64,000 bases of DNA from Acidobacteriota bacterium (GCA_963666055.2 CAXWPH010000002.1:320001-384000); one strand, 5' to 3'; numbered from the stretch's first letter, positions 33,817 through 43,747 are shown. A program made the numbers and translations. The notes: generated by a model from the sequence alone, not told the origin.

Positions 33817-34014
33817 TGCTTACTCCTTCGTGTTTGCAGGGGAATCGGTTGTGAATCAGGCGAAAGGGGCGTATCCGACCGTCCTCGTGCGTCAGCCACC
33901 GCAACGCCCTCGGGGCGTTCCGTGTTCCACCGTTCCGCGTGTTCCTTACCCCCCAGACGCAGAAGGCGGAACAGGCAAGTCGCCGGCGATGGACCCGAAC
34001 CCGAGCGCCGCCGT

Positions 34015-34593
34015 TCATGTTGTCCGTTCGAGTTTGTAGTTCCCCTTATTGACGCCGGGAATTTCGAAATCGTCGTAACGGATCCAGGTGTTCCGGAGCG
34101 AACCGTGCTCGTTTTTGCACCGCGCCTTGAACTTGTAGTCCGTGTAAACGACGACGATCGAATGCCAACCGCTCGCGGACTTACCTTGGACCTTTCGGAA
34201 TCTCCATCGGCGATCGCCGGCGCGGATATGCGACCGGCAGCGCGCCGTGTGAGATTTTTCGTGGTCGCTTAGGTGCTCGTATTCCTTGTTCGCTCGCGGC
34301 GCTCGCGGCGCGACGCCCGGAGTCGGAACCAGACGGATGAACGGATGCGGAGCCGGCTTCGAGTCGGTCCCGTACGCGCCGAGCTCCATCGCGGCGGCTT
34401 CGACCGTCGCGATCCGAGCGCCGTATTCCTTCTGGCACGCGAACACGACCATGTCGTCGACGGTCGTATCGTCCGCGACGGCGAGCACACGGAGCCCGCG
34501 AAGAAGCGCCGGCGCGAGTGTTAGTTGGCGCGGTTCCGGGGTTTCGTCGTCCATGCGTCTTCCCTCCGTTCGGTTTGTTTGCTTATCGACCAT
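34015..34593 (-). CDS. Hypothetical protein with RHH-like N-terminus
   Basis: RQLTLAPALLRGLRVLAVADDTTVDDMV; overlaps the stop of the upstream ORF. Confidence 0.5.
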   Translation of the reverse strand: MVDKQTNRTEGRRMDDETPEPRQLTLAPALLRGLRVLAVADDTTVDDMVVFACQKEYGARIATVEAAAMELGAYGTDSKPAPHPFIRLVPTPGVAPRAPRANKEYEHLSDHEKSHTARCRSHIRAGDRRWRFRKVQGKSASGWHSIVVVYTDYKFKARCKNEHGSLRNTWIRYDDFEIPGVNKGNYKLERTT

Positions 34594-34831
34594 GATTCGC
34601 CAGCGGATTATCGGGCGGCCACTCTTCGAGCTCGTCGCCAGCGTTTTCGGGTTCGTCGTCCGACCTCGACGCCTCGGCGGCGTCGACGATCGCCGCGACC
34701 AGGTCCGCGCGGCGGAACGCGGCGCCGACGAACTCGCGGAAGACAACGCCGGACGATAGACCCCGGACCCTCGCGATCCGCTGGAGCGTGAGTTCTTGCG
34801 TCGTGTCGAGTGCTATTCGTCGAATCATCAT
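34583..34831 (-). CDS. Small RHH-like hypothetical protein
   Basis: IALD...LQRIARVRGLSSGVVFREFV. Confidence 0.45.
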   Translation of the reverse strand: MMIRRIALDTTQELTLQRIARVRGLSSGVVFREFVGAAFRRADLVAAIVDAAEASRSDDEPENAGDELEEWPPDNPLANHGR

Positions 34832-35300
34832 CTGCTAGTGCCCCCTAGAGGCGCCCGAAAAAAACCGAATCGCTGGAGCCCTCGATTCCCCTCAAGAGAG
34901 ATGCCGGCAGGAGAACCTTCCGCCCCCCCCTTTGTCGACGAGCACGACGTGAATGTTTCGATCGCCGCGTCGGCGGCGGCGGAAGTGAATTACTCATCGT
35001 TGCGCCATCCTTTCGCGCCGCCGTTGCGCCGGCATCGGCATTGATCGGGGTTGCGGCGCTCCGGCGAACCGCTCCGGAAACACGCCGCGATAGTTTTGTT
35101 CCATCGACCCTTGCAACGCTCGGACCGCGATCGCCGCGCCGAACTTCGCCAACATCGTCAGTTGCTTCCGCGCCCACGGCGCTTTCCGCGGCCAGCCGTT
35201 CGAACTCCGAAACAACAGCCACTCCGACCAGGCTTTCCGAAATTCCGGGGTCGCGAGCTCGGCCGGGAGCTCGACGTCAGCGGCGGTAGCCGCTCTCTTA

Positions 35301-35489
35301 TTCTTCCTTCTTCCTTCTTCCTTCTTCCTTCTTCCTTCTTCCTTCTTCCTTCTTCCTTCTTCCTTCTTCCTTCTTCCTTCTTCCTTCTTCCTTCTTCCTT
35401 CTTCCTTCTTCCTTCTTCCTTCTTCCTTCTTCCTTCTTCCTTCTTCCTTCTTCCTTCTTCCTTCTTCCTTCTTCCTTCTTCCTTCTTCC
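35301..35489. repeat. Perfect (TTCTTCC)x27 tandem repeat
   Basis: 189 bp counted from the sequence. Confidence 0.97.
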
Positions 35490-35495
35490 TTAGGG

Positions 35496-35548
35496 TGCCC
35501 TCGGTCGTGCCCTCGGTCTGCCCTCGGTCTGCCCTTGGTCTGCCCTCG
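35496..35548. repeat. Iteron-like 11-bp direct repeats (putative origin inside rep)
   Basis: TGCCCTCGGTC x4 (one with a mismatch) plus a partial copy. Confidence 0.75.
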
Positions 35549-35975
35549 ACCGCGTCGCCACCCTGATAAGTCGAGTATTTGCAGACAGTTATCAATAGAC
35601 CGCGGTTTGCCCGATTTGCGCGCCGTAACATACCCGCGGTCTGAAGCTTTTTTGCGGCTCGACGGAGTTGTTTCACGGTCAATCCGGTATCGGCCGACAT
35701 CGACGACCAGGCAGCGAAAAACTGTCCGGCGTCGAGCTCCAGGACGCGCCCAGCGACATCCCACGGCGTCGGCTGGTACGCCGCGCGCTCGATCGCATAG
35801 CGGAAGAAGAGGCCGGTCGCGACGTCGCCCCGTAGAATGGGGTTTTGGCCGAGCGACCGCCATATCTTCACGAATCCGCAAGTCTTGACCGATGATCGCG
35901 CCTCCGAAGCGGACTGCATTGGCGCTTGTGGGACAGCCAAACGAGCGTGAGCGCGTCCCACCTTCGCGTACTTCC

Positions 35976-36173
35976 TCACGACGCCTGGCCCGGGCTTGTG
36001 AGCTGTTGGCGCAGATACACCTCGATCGCTTCTGTTGAGAATCTGCGGTAGTGACCCAGCTTGAACGAGGGCAACTCGCCGGCTTCGGCCTTTTGATAGA
36101 CGCAACTCACGGGCACAGCCAGGCGCTCCGCGACCTCCTGAACCGTCAAGAGCGGCGAAGCTGTCTGGGTCAT
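35976..36173 (-). CDS. Excisionase-like HTH_17 protein
   Basis: LLTVQEVAERLAV..VY....GELPSFKLG..RRF. Confidence 0.85.
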   Translation of the reverse strand: MTQTASPLLTVQEVAERLAVPVSCVYQKAEAGELPSFKLGHYRRFSTEAIEVYLRQQLTSPGQAS

Positions 36174-36412
36174 CGGCGCGCCCCGCAGACGGCCCGTAGC
36201 AGGTCAAGATAGGCAACCGCCCGAGCGCCCCCAGGAAGTCGCTGCCCGGTTTCCCAACGGGAGACCGCGGCCGGGGACACACCCAAGACGTCGGCCACAT
36301 CGGCCTGGGTGAGGCCAGCCTGCTCCCGCAAAGCACGGGCTGCCGCCGGTGCCGATCGGATCTGCTGGCGAGCCCGGGCTCGCTCAATAACAACAGTGGC
36401 TTTCTTGGTCAT
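36170..36412 (-). CDS. Cro-like XRE regulator
   Basis: LREQAGLTQADVADVLGVSPAAVSRWETG; divergent from the repressor. Confidence 0.85.
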   Translation of the reverse strand: MTKKATVVIERARARQQIRSAPAAARALREQAGLTQADVADVLGVSPAAVSRWETGQRLPGGARAVAYLDLLRAVCGARR

Positions 36413-36507
36413 CGTATTCGAGTACCTCTTTGATTGGCACACCAACCTGTTACCATGCAACGTACACTTTTGTACCGATCCACACAATTGTTGGAGTGTT
36501 CCTGTTT

Positions 36508-37104
36508 ATGGCACATGAGAAAGAACGGTCACCTGAGGAGCGCCTGCACGCCAGAGCGCAGGCAATCGCCGCCGCAGTCAGACATGCCAGGAAACGGCGC
36601 GGCTGGTCAGTTCGCCGGCTCGCCAAGGCAGCCGGGGTGTCTCCGTCGAGTCTCTCCAGAATCGAGAATCCTGACTCCGCGGGGTCGCCGAAGGTGGAGA
36701 CGATGGAGACCCTCGCGGAGGCGCTGGACTGCCCGCTCTGCGAGCTTGTTGGAGAGCCAGCGGTGATCGAGTACCGCGGCCTGGGAGACTGGCCAGCAGC
36801 GCTTCAAGACGTGCTGGCCGAACGGGGTGGCTTTGTAACGGTGGCCGAGAGGGCTTTCCTAGAGGATCGCCTGGAGACGATCGTCCCGGACCCTCTGCGG
36901 GTCGCGCAGGGGTGCCCAGAAGTGCAGGACGATCCTCAGTACTGGCGATCACAGCTGAAGCTGTTCCGCGACTCCCGGGTGTGGCGGATCGTCGAGAACC
37001 TGGTGACCGACGGCTGGCGGCTCGACCATGACGTCCAGGTGGGTCTCGACCTGATCGTGCGAGCAACGATCGGACGAATCGGAGAGGAGGAGGCAAGCCG
37101 ATGA
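36508..37104 (+). CDS. XRE-family repressor
   Basis: ARKRRGWSVRRLAKAAGVSPSSLSRIEN; stop overlaps the integrase start. Confidence 0.85.
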   Translation: MAHEKERSPEERLHARAQAIAAAVRHARKRRGWSVRRLAKAAGVSPSSLSRIENPDSAGSPKVETMETLAEALDCPLCELVGEPAVIEYRGLGDWPAALQDVLAERGGFVTVAERAFLEDRLETIVPDPLRVAQGCPEVQDDPQYWRSQLKLFRDSRVWRIVENLVTDGWRLDHDVQVGLDLIVRATIGRIGEEEASR

Positions 37105-38264
37105 GAGGCACCATTCGCAAACGCACTCTCGACGACGGCACCCGCCGCTACGATGTCCGCTACCGAGCTGCGGGCCGGCAACGCACCAAGACCTTCCGCC
37201 GACGCAAGGATGCCGACCGCTTCCTCGCCAAGCAAATGACGGCGGTTCATGACGGCTCGTATGTGGAGATGCAGCCCACGCGAATGGGAGATGTCTTCGA
37301 CTCCTGGCTCGATGACGTCGACACGCGCGTCATGGAACGCAACCTCAAGGCGTCCACCGCAGCGACGTATCGCTCCGGCATCAACAAGCACCTCCTCCCC
37401 GCCTTCGGCGACTTCCGCAGCGACCAACTAACTCCGGCCGTCATGAGCAAGTGGCGCCGGTCCTTGGCCACGAGAATCGCCGCCGGCACGATGGCCCGCA
37501 AGACGTTCAACAACATCTTCAACCAGCTGCACGTAATACTGGAGTGGGCACGTCTCCCTGCACAGAGCTTTCTCGCCCATGATCCATTGATCGGGCAGAA
37601 GCGCTTCAAGCGCGAACGCCGCGAGGCCGAGTTCTGCGAGGACGACGACATCACGGCCCTGCTCAAGGCCGCCGCCGACGCGCCGGAAGGAAACGCCATC
37701 ATTCACCTGGGCCTGTTCGCGGGGCTCCGCCGCGGTGAGATATTCGCTCTCCAGTGGCGCGACATCGAAGGCGGCAACGGTGAGGTCGGCGGCCGGATTC
37801 GAGTGCGCCGCTCCCTCTATGCGGGCGAAGTGACGACGCCGAAGACTGCGGCCGGTGAGCGCACGGTGGACGCCCCCCAGCGCGTCCTCGATGTACTGGC
37901 AGCACACAGGGCGACGTGCCCGTCGATTGGCCAGGGATTCATCTTCCGTACCCGCACCGGCGCCCCGATCGATCCGAGTTGGTGGTACAGGGAGACGTTC
38001 GTCGAGATTCGAAAGCGCGCGAAGCTGCGGCCGACCGTGAGCTTACATTCGTTGCGACACACGTACGCGTCGCTGCTCATCCGGCAAGGCGAGAATCCGA
38101 AGTACGTCAGCCGCCAACTCGGGCACGCCTCGACATCGTTCACGATGGACGTTTACGGGCACTGCTTCGAGACGACCAGCACCGAGGCGATGCAACGACT
38201 CAACTGCATCATCCCCGAACCGATGCTCCCGGAGTTGCGCGTCGTCGAGGCGCGTGGCGCCTGA
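37101..38264 (+). CDS. Tyrosine integrase
   Basis: GLRRGE, TPKT, LHSLRHTYAS, LGH, DVYGH. Confidence 0.93.
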   Translation: MRGTIRKRTLDDGTRRYDVRYRAAGRQRTKTFRRRKDADRFLAKQMTAVHDGSYVEMQPTRMGDVFDSWLDDVDTRVMERNLKASTAATYRSGINKHLLPAFGDFRSDQLTPAVMSKWRRSLATRIAAGTMARKTFNNIFNQLHVILEWARLPAQSFLAHDPLIGQKRFKRERREAEFCEDDDITALLKAAADAPEGNAIIHLGLFAGLRRGEIFALQWRDIEGGNGEVGGRIRVRRSLYAGEVTTPKTAAGERTVDAPQRVLDVLAAHRATCPSIGQGFIFRTRTGAPIDPSWWYRETFVEIRKRAKLRPTVSLHSLRHTYASLLIRQGENPKYVSRQLGHASTSFTMDVYGHCFETTSTEAMQRLNCIIPEPMLPELRVVEARGA

Positions 38265-38413
38265 TCTATGCCACGTTTATGCCACCAAATGAGGAAGAAC
38301 AGCACGAATCAGCTCGAAATGAATTCGCATCCCGTTCGCTGTAAGCTGTTGATTCTACGAATCTTGTAGAGCGATCCGGATTGAGCCGTAATGAGCCGAG
38401 AACGACCTCGATG

Positions 38414-38468
38414 GGTTCAGGACCTAGTGGGGGCAACCCCGTGGAGGTTCAAGTCCTCTCTTGGGCAC
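38414..38468 (+). repeat. 3' fragment of tRNA-Leu(CAG), att core
   Basis: GGTTCAGGACCTAGTGGGGGCAACCCCGTGGAGGTTCAAGTCCTCTCTTGGGCAC. Arm repeats TATGCCAC at 38267 and 38278; 5' half absent. Confidence 0.85.
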
Positions 38469-38724
38469 TTGATGTAACCTGTTGACAGATAACGAGTTGC
38501 GGGAGGGAATCGACTGGCGCGGCCAGGTTGCCTTTCCGCGTTTCAGGCCAGAAAGTAACGAACAGGTAACGGGACGCGTGTGTCCCGGCAGCGTAGCTCC
38601 AAACTGGAGCATCGCTCCTACTCCCACCGGGCCGCCCCAATCACCCCGAGTTGGAACCGGATACGAGAGGAACTCCGGGGGCTGGATCGGCTGCTCGCCT
38701 GATTCGGAGGGGCGGCTGAGCGCG

Positions 38725-38886
38725 CTACGGGCCCGTCGGCACGACCGCTTCAGCTCGTCGAACCAGTTGGTGACCAGCGTCAGAGCGCCGCTGCTGCTCT
38801 GGCTGGCGGATCTGATGGATGCGCACATGCGCAGCGCCGACGTGACCCTGAACGAAGCGCGGCGGGCGATCGAGCACACGGCATGA
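38725..38886. pseudogene. Kinase 3' tail (minus strand) fused to an XRE C-terminal remnant (plus strand)
   Basis: LTLVTNWFDELKR.. joined at ctggctg to WLADLMDAHMRSADVTLNEARRAIEHTA*, which resembles the C-termini of 42974 and 45356. Confidence 0.7.
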
Positions 38887-39153
38887 ACGCGGAGGCGGAA
38901 GTAGGTTCTAGACCTTCCGCTGGCTCCAACTTTCCCTTGTCCGCAACACCCCTATTGAGATAAGACTTCTCGCCTAGGGGGGAGAGGCCGAAAACACAGC
39001 CTCATCTTCAGACGAGCACGGGCTAAGGAGGGAAACTCGGATGTTCTCGCCCATACCCCACCGACCCATGCGCTACTGCCTCGTTCTCATAGCTGTCTTG
39101 TCGAGCTCCTCCGCCGGTGACCTGAGTTCCTCGACCACTGCGCAAGGGGCTTC

Positions 39154-41805
39154 ATGAGCCGCCCTCTCGAGACGGTACTCCACGATCGACACGTTGCTCT
39201 CGGGGCGAAGATGGTCGACTTCGGCGGGTGGCACATGCCGCTCCAGTACCCCGACGGGATCCTGAGCGAGCACCTGGCGACTCGCAAGCGCGCCGGCATG
39301 TTCGACGTCTCTCACATGGGGCGGTTCGTCTTCCGCGGGCCGGGGGCACTCCCATTCCTGCAGCATGCCCTGACCAACAATGCAGCGGGCCTCGAGGTAG
39401 GAAGGAGCCAGTACACGCTCATCCCGAACGAGCGGGGTGGAGCAGTCGACGACGCCTACCTCTACCGGTTCGAGGAAGCCGAATACCTCCTCGTCGTCAA
39501 CGCGGCCAACCGCCGGAAGGACTGGGATTGTCTCCAGGCCCTGCTCGGCGCCTTCGACGGGGTGGAGCTCGAAGACCGGACCGCCGAGATCGCCATGATC
39601 AGCCTGCAAGGGCCCCTATCGAAGGACGTCCTCTCGGCGGCACTCGACGGCGGGACGCTTCCCGAGCCCGTGCGCAACGCGCTCGGTACGCTCGCGATGG
39701 GCGGCACCGACGTCAGAGTGGGCCGGACGGGGTACACGGGGGAACCGCTCTGCTTCGAGCTCCTTGTCGACCGGGAGGCCGCGGGTGAGCTGTGGGAGCG
39801 ACTGCGTGACAGAGGGGCGGAGCCCGTTGGCCTCGGTGCACGCGACACCCTGCGGCTCGAAGCGAGCCTGCCGCTCTACGGGCACGAGCTCGGTCTCGAT
39901 CCGCAGCAACAGGAGATCCCGATCTTCGCCATCGCCCTGGCCCGCCTTGCCGTGAGCTTCTCGCCCCTGAAGGGGCAGTTCGTCGGCAAAGATGCGCTCC
40001 AGCAGCAGTTCGAGGCCCTGGAAGCGATCGAGCGCGGCCACCACGCAGCCGCCGAACGGCTGCCGTGCAGGGTCCGATCTCTGGCCCTCGCCGGCAAGGG
40101 GATCGCAAGGGCCGGAAACCCCGTCTATCAGGGCGAGAGGCCGGTTGGTTTCATTACCAGCGGGACCATGGTGCCCTACTGGCGCCACGAGGGAGAAGGT
40201 ATCGCTTCCGTGCTCGGCGACGAAACCCAGAAGCGGGCCATCGCGCTGGCGCTCATCGATAGCCGGCTCGTCGACGGGGACCACCTGGCCGTCGAGATCC
40301 GCGGGCGCCGAACCGATGCCGTGGTGGTTCCTTACCACTTGCGCAGTGAGGCCCCTCCTTACTCGCACCCCATTACCTACGAAGAGCTCTTCGACCGAGA
40401 CGAGGCCGCGCTGCTGAGTGTCACGGCATTCGAGAAGGCGCGCGTCCTTCTCCAGAAGGCCGCCGCAAACACGATGTGGCGCCAGCGAGACTGCGTGAAC
40501 CTGATCCCCTCGGAGCAAATGGCGTCGCCGGCGGCGCGCCTGCTCTCGATCATGGATCCGGTCGCGCGCTACGGCGAGCACAAGACGATGAAGGCGTTCG
40601 CCGACGCCGAGGTCTTCTACTACCAGGGCACGGACTTCATCGCCGAGGTGGAGAAGCTACTGGAGCGCGAGCTCAGAGAGTACCTGGGCTGCCCCGAGGT
40701 GGAAACGCGGCTTGTCTCCGGCCAGATGGCGAATGCCGCCGTATTCAGCGCCATGGTGGATTTCATCAACCGGACCGACCGCAGGAGCGAACAGCGGCGC
40801 CTCTGCCCGGTGATGAACAACCACATCATTCGTGGCGGTCATCTGAGCGCGCAGCCCATGGGCGCACTGCGCGACTTCGTCGCCCGCGATCCCGTGACCG
40901 AACGGCCCGCCGTGGTGAACTTCCCCGTCCTGCCCGACAACCCCTACAAGGTCGACATGGCGGCCTGCGCCGAGCTCATCGCCGAGACCCGGCCCGAGCT
41001 GATCATCCTCGGCAAGAGCATGGTCCTGCACCCGGAGCCGGTGGCGGCGGTACGGCAGACCATCGACGAGCTGGCGCTCGACTGCGTTCTCATGTACGAC
41101 ATGGCCCACGGGCTCGGGCTCGTCGGCCCCCACTTCCAGGAGCCCTTCAAGGAGGGAGCGAACATCGTCACCGGGTCGACACACAAGACCTACTTCGGCA
41201 CCCAGCGCGGCATCGTCGCCGCCAGCTACACCGAAGACGCCGTCGACTACCCCCTCTGGGAGGCGGTACGGCGCCGCGCGTTCCCCGGCAGCGTCAGCAA
41301 CCACCACCTGGGAACCCTTGTCGGTCTGCTCCTGGCCGCGTACGAGATGAATGCGTTCAAAGACGAGTACCAACCGAGGGTCCTAGCCAATGCCAAGTCA
41401 TTCGCGCGAGCCCTCGACGAATGCGGCGTCGACGTTGCCGGTGATGCCGCGGTTTCGTTCACGGAGACGCATCAGGTCATCGTCAACGTGGGGTATGCCC
41501 GCGGGCCAGAGGTGGCGCGACGGCTCGAGGAGAACAACATCATCGTCAACTACCAGGCGACCCCCGTGGAGGAAGGCTTCACGGCCTCGGGCGCGTTGCG
41601 CATGGGAGTCGCGGAGATGACCCGCTTCGGCATGGAAGAGGCGGACTTCCAGGAGCTCGCCCAGCTGATTCATGCGGTCGTCCTCGAAGACAGGACCATC
41701 AAGAAAGAAGTCGCCGCTTTCAGAAGACGGTTCCTCGAGCTCAGGTACTCCTTTACGGGCGGAGAATTCGACCAACTGGTGCAGCGGCTGCATCAACTTG
41801 TCTAG
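39154..41805 (+). CDS. Fused aminomethyltransferase (GcvT) - serine hydroxymethyltransferase
   Basis: [35 protein letters not shown]; then NLIPSE, YDMAH, GSTHKT, LRMG. Confidence 0.93.
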   Translation: MSRPLETVLHDRHVALGAKMVDFGGWHMPLQYPDGILSEHLATRKRAGMFDVSHMGRFVFRGPGALPFLQHALTNNAAGLEVGRSQYTLIPNERGGAVDDAYLYRFEEAEYLLVVNAANRRKDWDCLQALLGAFDGVELEDRTAEIAMISLQGPLSKDVLSAALDGGTLPEPVRNALGTLAMGGTDVRVGRTGYTGEPLCFELLVDREAAGELWERLRDRGAEPVGLGARDTLRLEASLPLYGHELGLDPQQQEIPIFAIALARLAVSFSPLKGQFVGKDALQQQFEALEAIERGHHAAAERLPCRVRSLALAGKGIARAGNPVYQGERPVGFITSGTMVPYWRHEGEGIASVLGDETQKRAIALALIDSRLVDGDHLAVEIRGRRTDAVVVPYHLRSEAPPYSHPITYEELFDRDEAALLSVTAFEKARVLLQKAAANTMWRQRDCVNLIPSEQMASPAARLLSIMDPVARYGEHKTMKAFADAEVFYYQGTDFIAEVEKLLERELREYLGCPEVETRLVSGQMANAAVFSAMVDFINRTDRRSEQRRLCPVMNNHIIRGGHLSAQPMGALRDFVARDPVTERPAVVNFPVLPDNPYKVDMAACAELIAETRPELIILGKSMVLHPEPVAAVRQTIDELALDCVLMYDMAHGLGLVGPHFQEPFKEGANIVTGSTHKTYFGTQRGIVAASYTEDAVDYPLWEAVRRRAFPGSVSNHHLGTLVGLLLAAYEMNAFKDEYQPRVLANAKSFARALDECGVDVAGDAAVSFTETHQVIVNVGYARGPEVARRLEENNIIVNYQATPVEEGFTASGALRMGVAEMTRFGMEEADFQELAQLIHAVVLEDRTIKKEVAAFRRRFLELRYSFTGGEFDQLVQRLHQLV

Positions 41806-41835
41806 GCCGCCCCACCCCCTCCACCGTTGCAGCCG

Positions 41836-42018
41836 GACTGGTTCGACGAGCTGGAGCGGCTCGTCGAACCAGTTGGTGACGAACGTCACATAGCCGCTGT
41901 TGCCCTTGATGGCCACCTTGCGGCCCAGGCGCGTGTCCTGCGCCAGGTAGACCTCTCCCATGCCACCCGCGCCGAGCTGCTCGGTGATCTCGTAGGGGCC
42001 TAGTTTGGTGCCGATCAT
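41836..42018 (-). pseudogene. Collapsed kinase gene: 38-codon head fused directly to the tail, ending in a palindrome
   Basis: [38 protein letters not shown]|[15 protein letters not shown]. Confidence 0.85.
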
Positions 42019-42271
42019 CCTCTTCAACTCACTGGATGTAGCCAAGTGCCCGAAGAGACCGTAGCTGCTCAGGGGTCAGTGGCGAATCCTCGCCCGGCGT
42101 GAAGTACTCTCCCCGTCCTCTGTCGCCTCCAGCCGGATACGCACTCGGCCGCGCTTGTCGCGCAGTTCCAGGGTTTCATTTACCATCGTTCCAGCCCTCG
42201 TAGGGGTTAGAGCCCGCCTCGGGTTCCTGCCAAGTGGTATCGCGGCGGGCTCGTCTGTTTATGGGGACATC

Positions 42272-42616
42272 TCAGTCGCTTGGCTGATCTCCTTTTCTCT
42301 TCGCCCGTCGGCGGCCGTTCTTGCTAGCCGTCTTCTTTGCTATCATCGTTGCGACTCTCTTTCTCTCCAGACTGGGGGCTGTTGGGGCCGACGGTTCCTT
42401 TTCCTCGATGGATGTAGCCGCCCGGCCCCTTCTTTTGTGTCTGGGGTGACTGGTTCTCAGTCGCTTGATGGGCCTCCTTTGCTCTGCTGTCGGGGTGCGC
42501 TCAATACGCGCCATAGCCTGACGCGCTGCGAAGATGCCTAGCGGGCTTGGCGATCGCTGGCCGGACAACCAGTTTTGAACCGTGCTCGGGTTGACGCCGA
42601 TCGCTACCGCGATCAT
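42272..42616 (-). pseudogene. Cro-like HTH fragment
   Basis: IAVAIGVNPSTVQNWLSGQRSP. Confidence 0.55.
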
Positions 42617-42727
42617 CGCCAAACACCAGCAGCAGGCCGGCGGGTCATCGGCGGATCGATCGCACAATGGAGGCCCACGAACGCGGCACTACCCGGTTGG
42701 GGTGCGACGGGTCTAGGATGGGTGGTT

Positions 42728-42833
42728 ACCTCTCGGCGCGGGACGCGCCTGAGAGCCAGCAACCCGCCGCTAGCGGAAGAGCACTCAGACTGTCAGATGA
42801 TGCCCCTGGCGGCGATGGTCCCGCGCTGAGGGG
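42728..42833 (+). ncRNA. Putative structured RNA, copy 1
   Basis: P1 42729-44/42818-33 (16 bp), P2 42765-73/42806-14; TAGGAT at 42714. Confidence 0.55.
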
Positions 42834-42973
42834 CCTCGCTTGTAGCCGCGCTTGGATCCGGTGCCCCTTCACGGCTGCGGCGCGTCCCGTCCCATGACCC
42901 CGACCACCTACCGAGTCCTCCAGTGAGAGGCCGAGCCGCCACCAAGCCGCGGCCTATCGCCTACCCCCGCTGC

Positions 42974-43279
42974 ATGTTCGGCACCTACCTCGGCGAGTTG
43001 GTCGACGCACACCCTACCTCAAGACCCAGGCTAGCCAAGCGAATCGGCGTGTCTCCGGGGAACCTCAGCAACTACCGCCACGGCCGCTACCTCCCGCCGG
43101 ACCGCAAGGCTATCGGCGTGATCGCTCGAGTCCTTGCACCGACCAGGGCAAAGCAAGCCGCAGTCCGAGCCGAGCTCACGCGCCGCTGGTTCGCCGATCT
43201 GCTTGATGCGCACCTACGCGGGGGCGGCGTGTCGCTGGATGAGGCGCGGTTGGCAATCCGAGATCTGGCGGGGAACTGA
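42974..43279 (+). CDS. Small XRE-type HTH protein, copy 1
   Basis: SRPRLAKRIGVSPGNLSNYRHG. Confidence 0.7.
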   Translation: MFGTYLGELVDAHPTSRPRLAKRIGVSPGNLSNYRHGRYLPPDRKAIGVIARVLAPTRAKQAAVRAELTRRWFADLLDAHLRGGGVSLDEARLAIRDLAGN

Positions 43280-43448
43280 CGTCACGCCGGCGGAGGCGCG
43301 GCGGGCGATCGAGGATACGGCGGGGGTGCGGAGGCGTAGGCAGAGGAAAAGCCAGGAGGCCGCCCGCCACAGCCTCAGGAACATCGCGGCGAAGTCAGAG
43401 TTTGCTAGGCACTACCCGGTTGGGGTGCGGTGATTCTAAGATGATGTT

Positions 43449-43557
43449 GCCTCTTAGCGTGGGATGCTACGTCACCCGCCGCTGGCGGGCACGCGAGCGT
43501 GCGCATTGCTCCCCGGCTCCGCGATCACAGCGGCGACGGTGTTTCGCGCTGGGGGGC
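43449..43557 (+). ncRNA. Putative structured RNA, copy 2
   Basis: P1 43449-67/43539-57 (19 bp, many G-U), P2 43477-84/43528-35; TAAGAT at 43437. Confidence 0.55.
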
Positions 43558-43589
43558 CTCGTATCTAGCCGTGTCCGAGTTGCTCCGTG

Positions 43590-43612
43590 CCCCCCCCCCC
43601 CCCCCCCCCCCC
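43590..43612. repeat. C23 homopolymer
   Basis: The paralogous site at 45920-45927 reads CTCCCCCC. Confidence 0.9.
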
Positions 43613-43652
43613 GCTGTAGCCTAGTCGCCCCCGTTGCGACTAGGATGGTGTT

Positions 43653-43747
43653 GCCTCTCGGCGCGGGACAAAGTCGCTCGCAACGACCGCCGTTAGCAGG
43701 CTTCCCGAGAGCCTGCACCTCTCGCAGGTCAATTAGCGGCGGGTGTC
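43653..43747 (+). ncRNA. Putative structured RNA, copy 3 (3' truncated)
   Basis: P1 5' arm present, P2 43687-96/43733-42, two apical hairpins; TAGGAT at 43641. Confidence 0.45.

Larger units (their letters stand above)
34994..35979 (-). pseudogene. Phage-type replication initiator, out of frame across a 7-bp repeat
   Basis: N-half GFVKIWRSL..GQF..MSADTGLTVKQLR..LITVCKYSTYQ. C-half LPAELATPEFRKAWSEW..SMEQNYRGVF is in another frame. Confidence 0.8.
31157..38468. mobile_element. Phage-satellite-like (PICI-like) integrative element with tRNA-Leu(CAG) att core; left boundary uncertain
   Basis: Order att-int-repressor / cro-xis-rep-hypotheticals-terS-terS, with no capsid, tail or TerL gene seen. 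Confidence 0.7.

Noticed and set aside
35051-35566. ORF with LLPSSFF repeats as a membrane protein
   Set aside because: Antisense reading of the 7-bp repeat inside rep.
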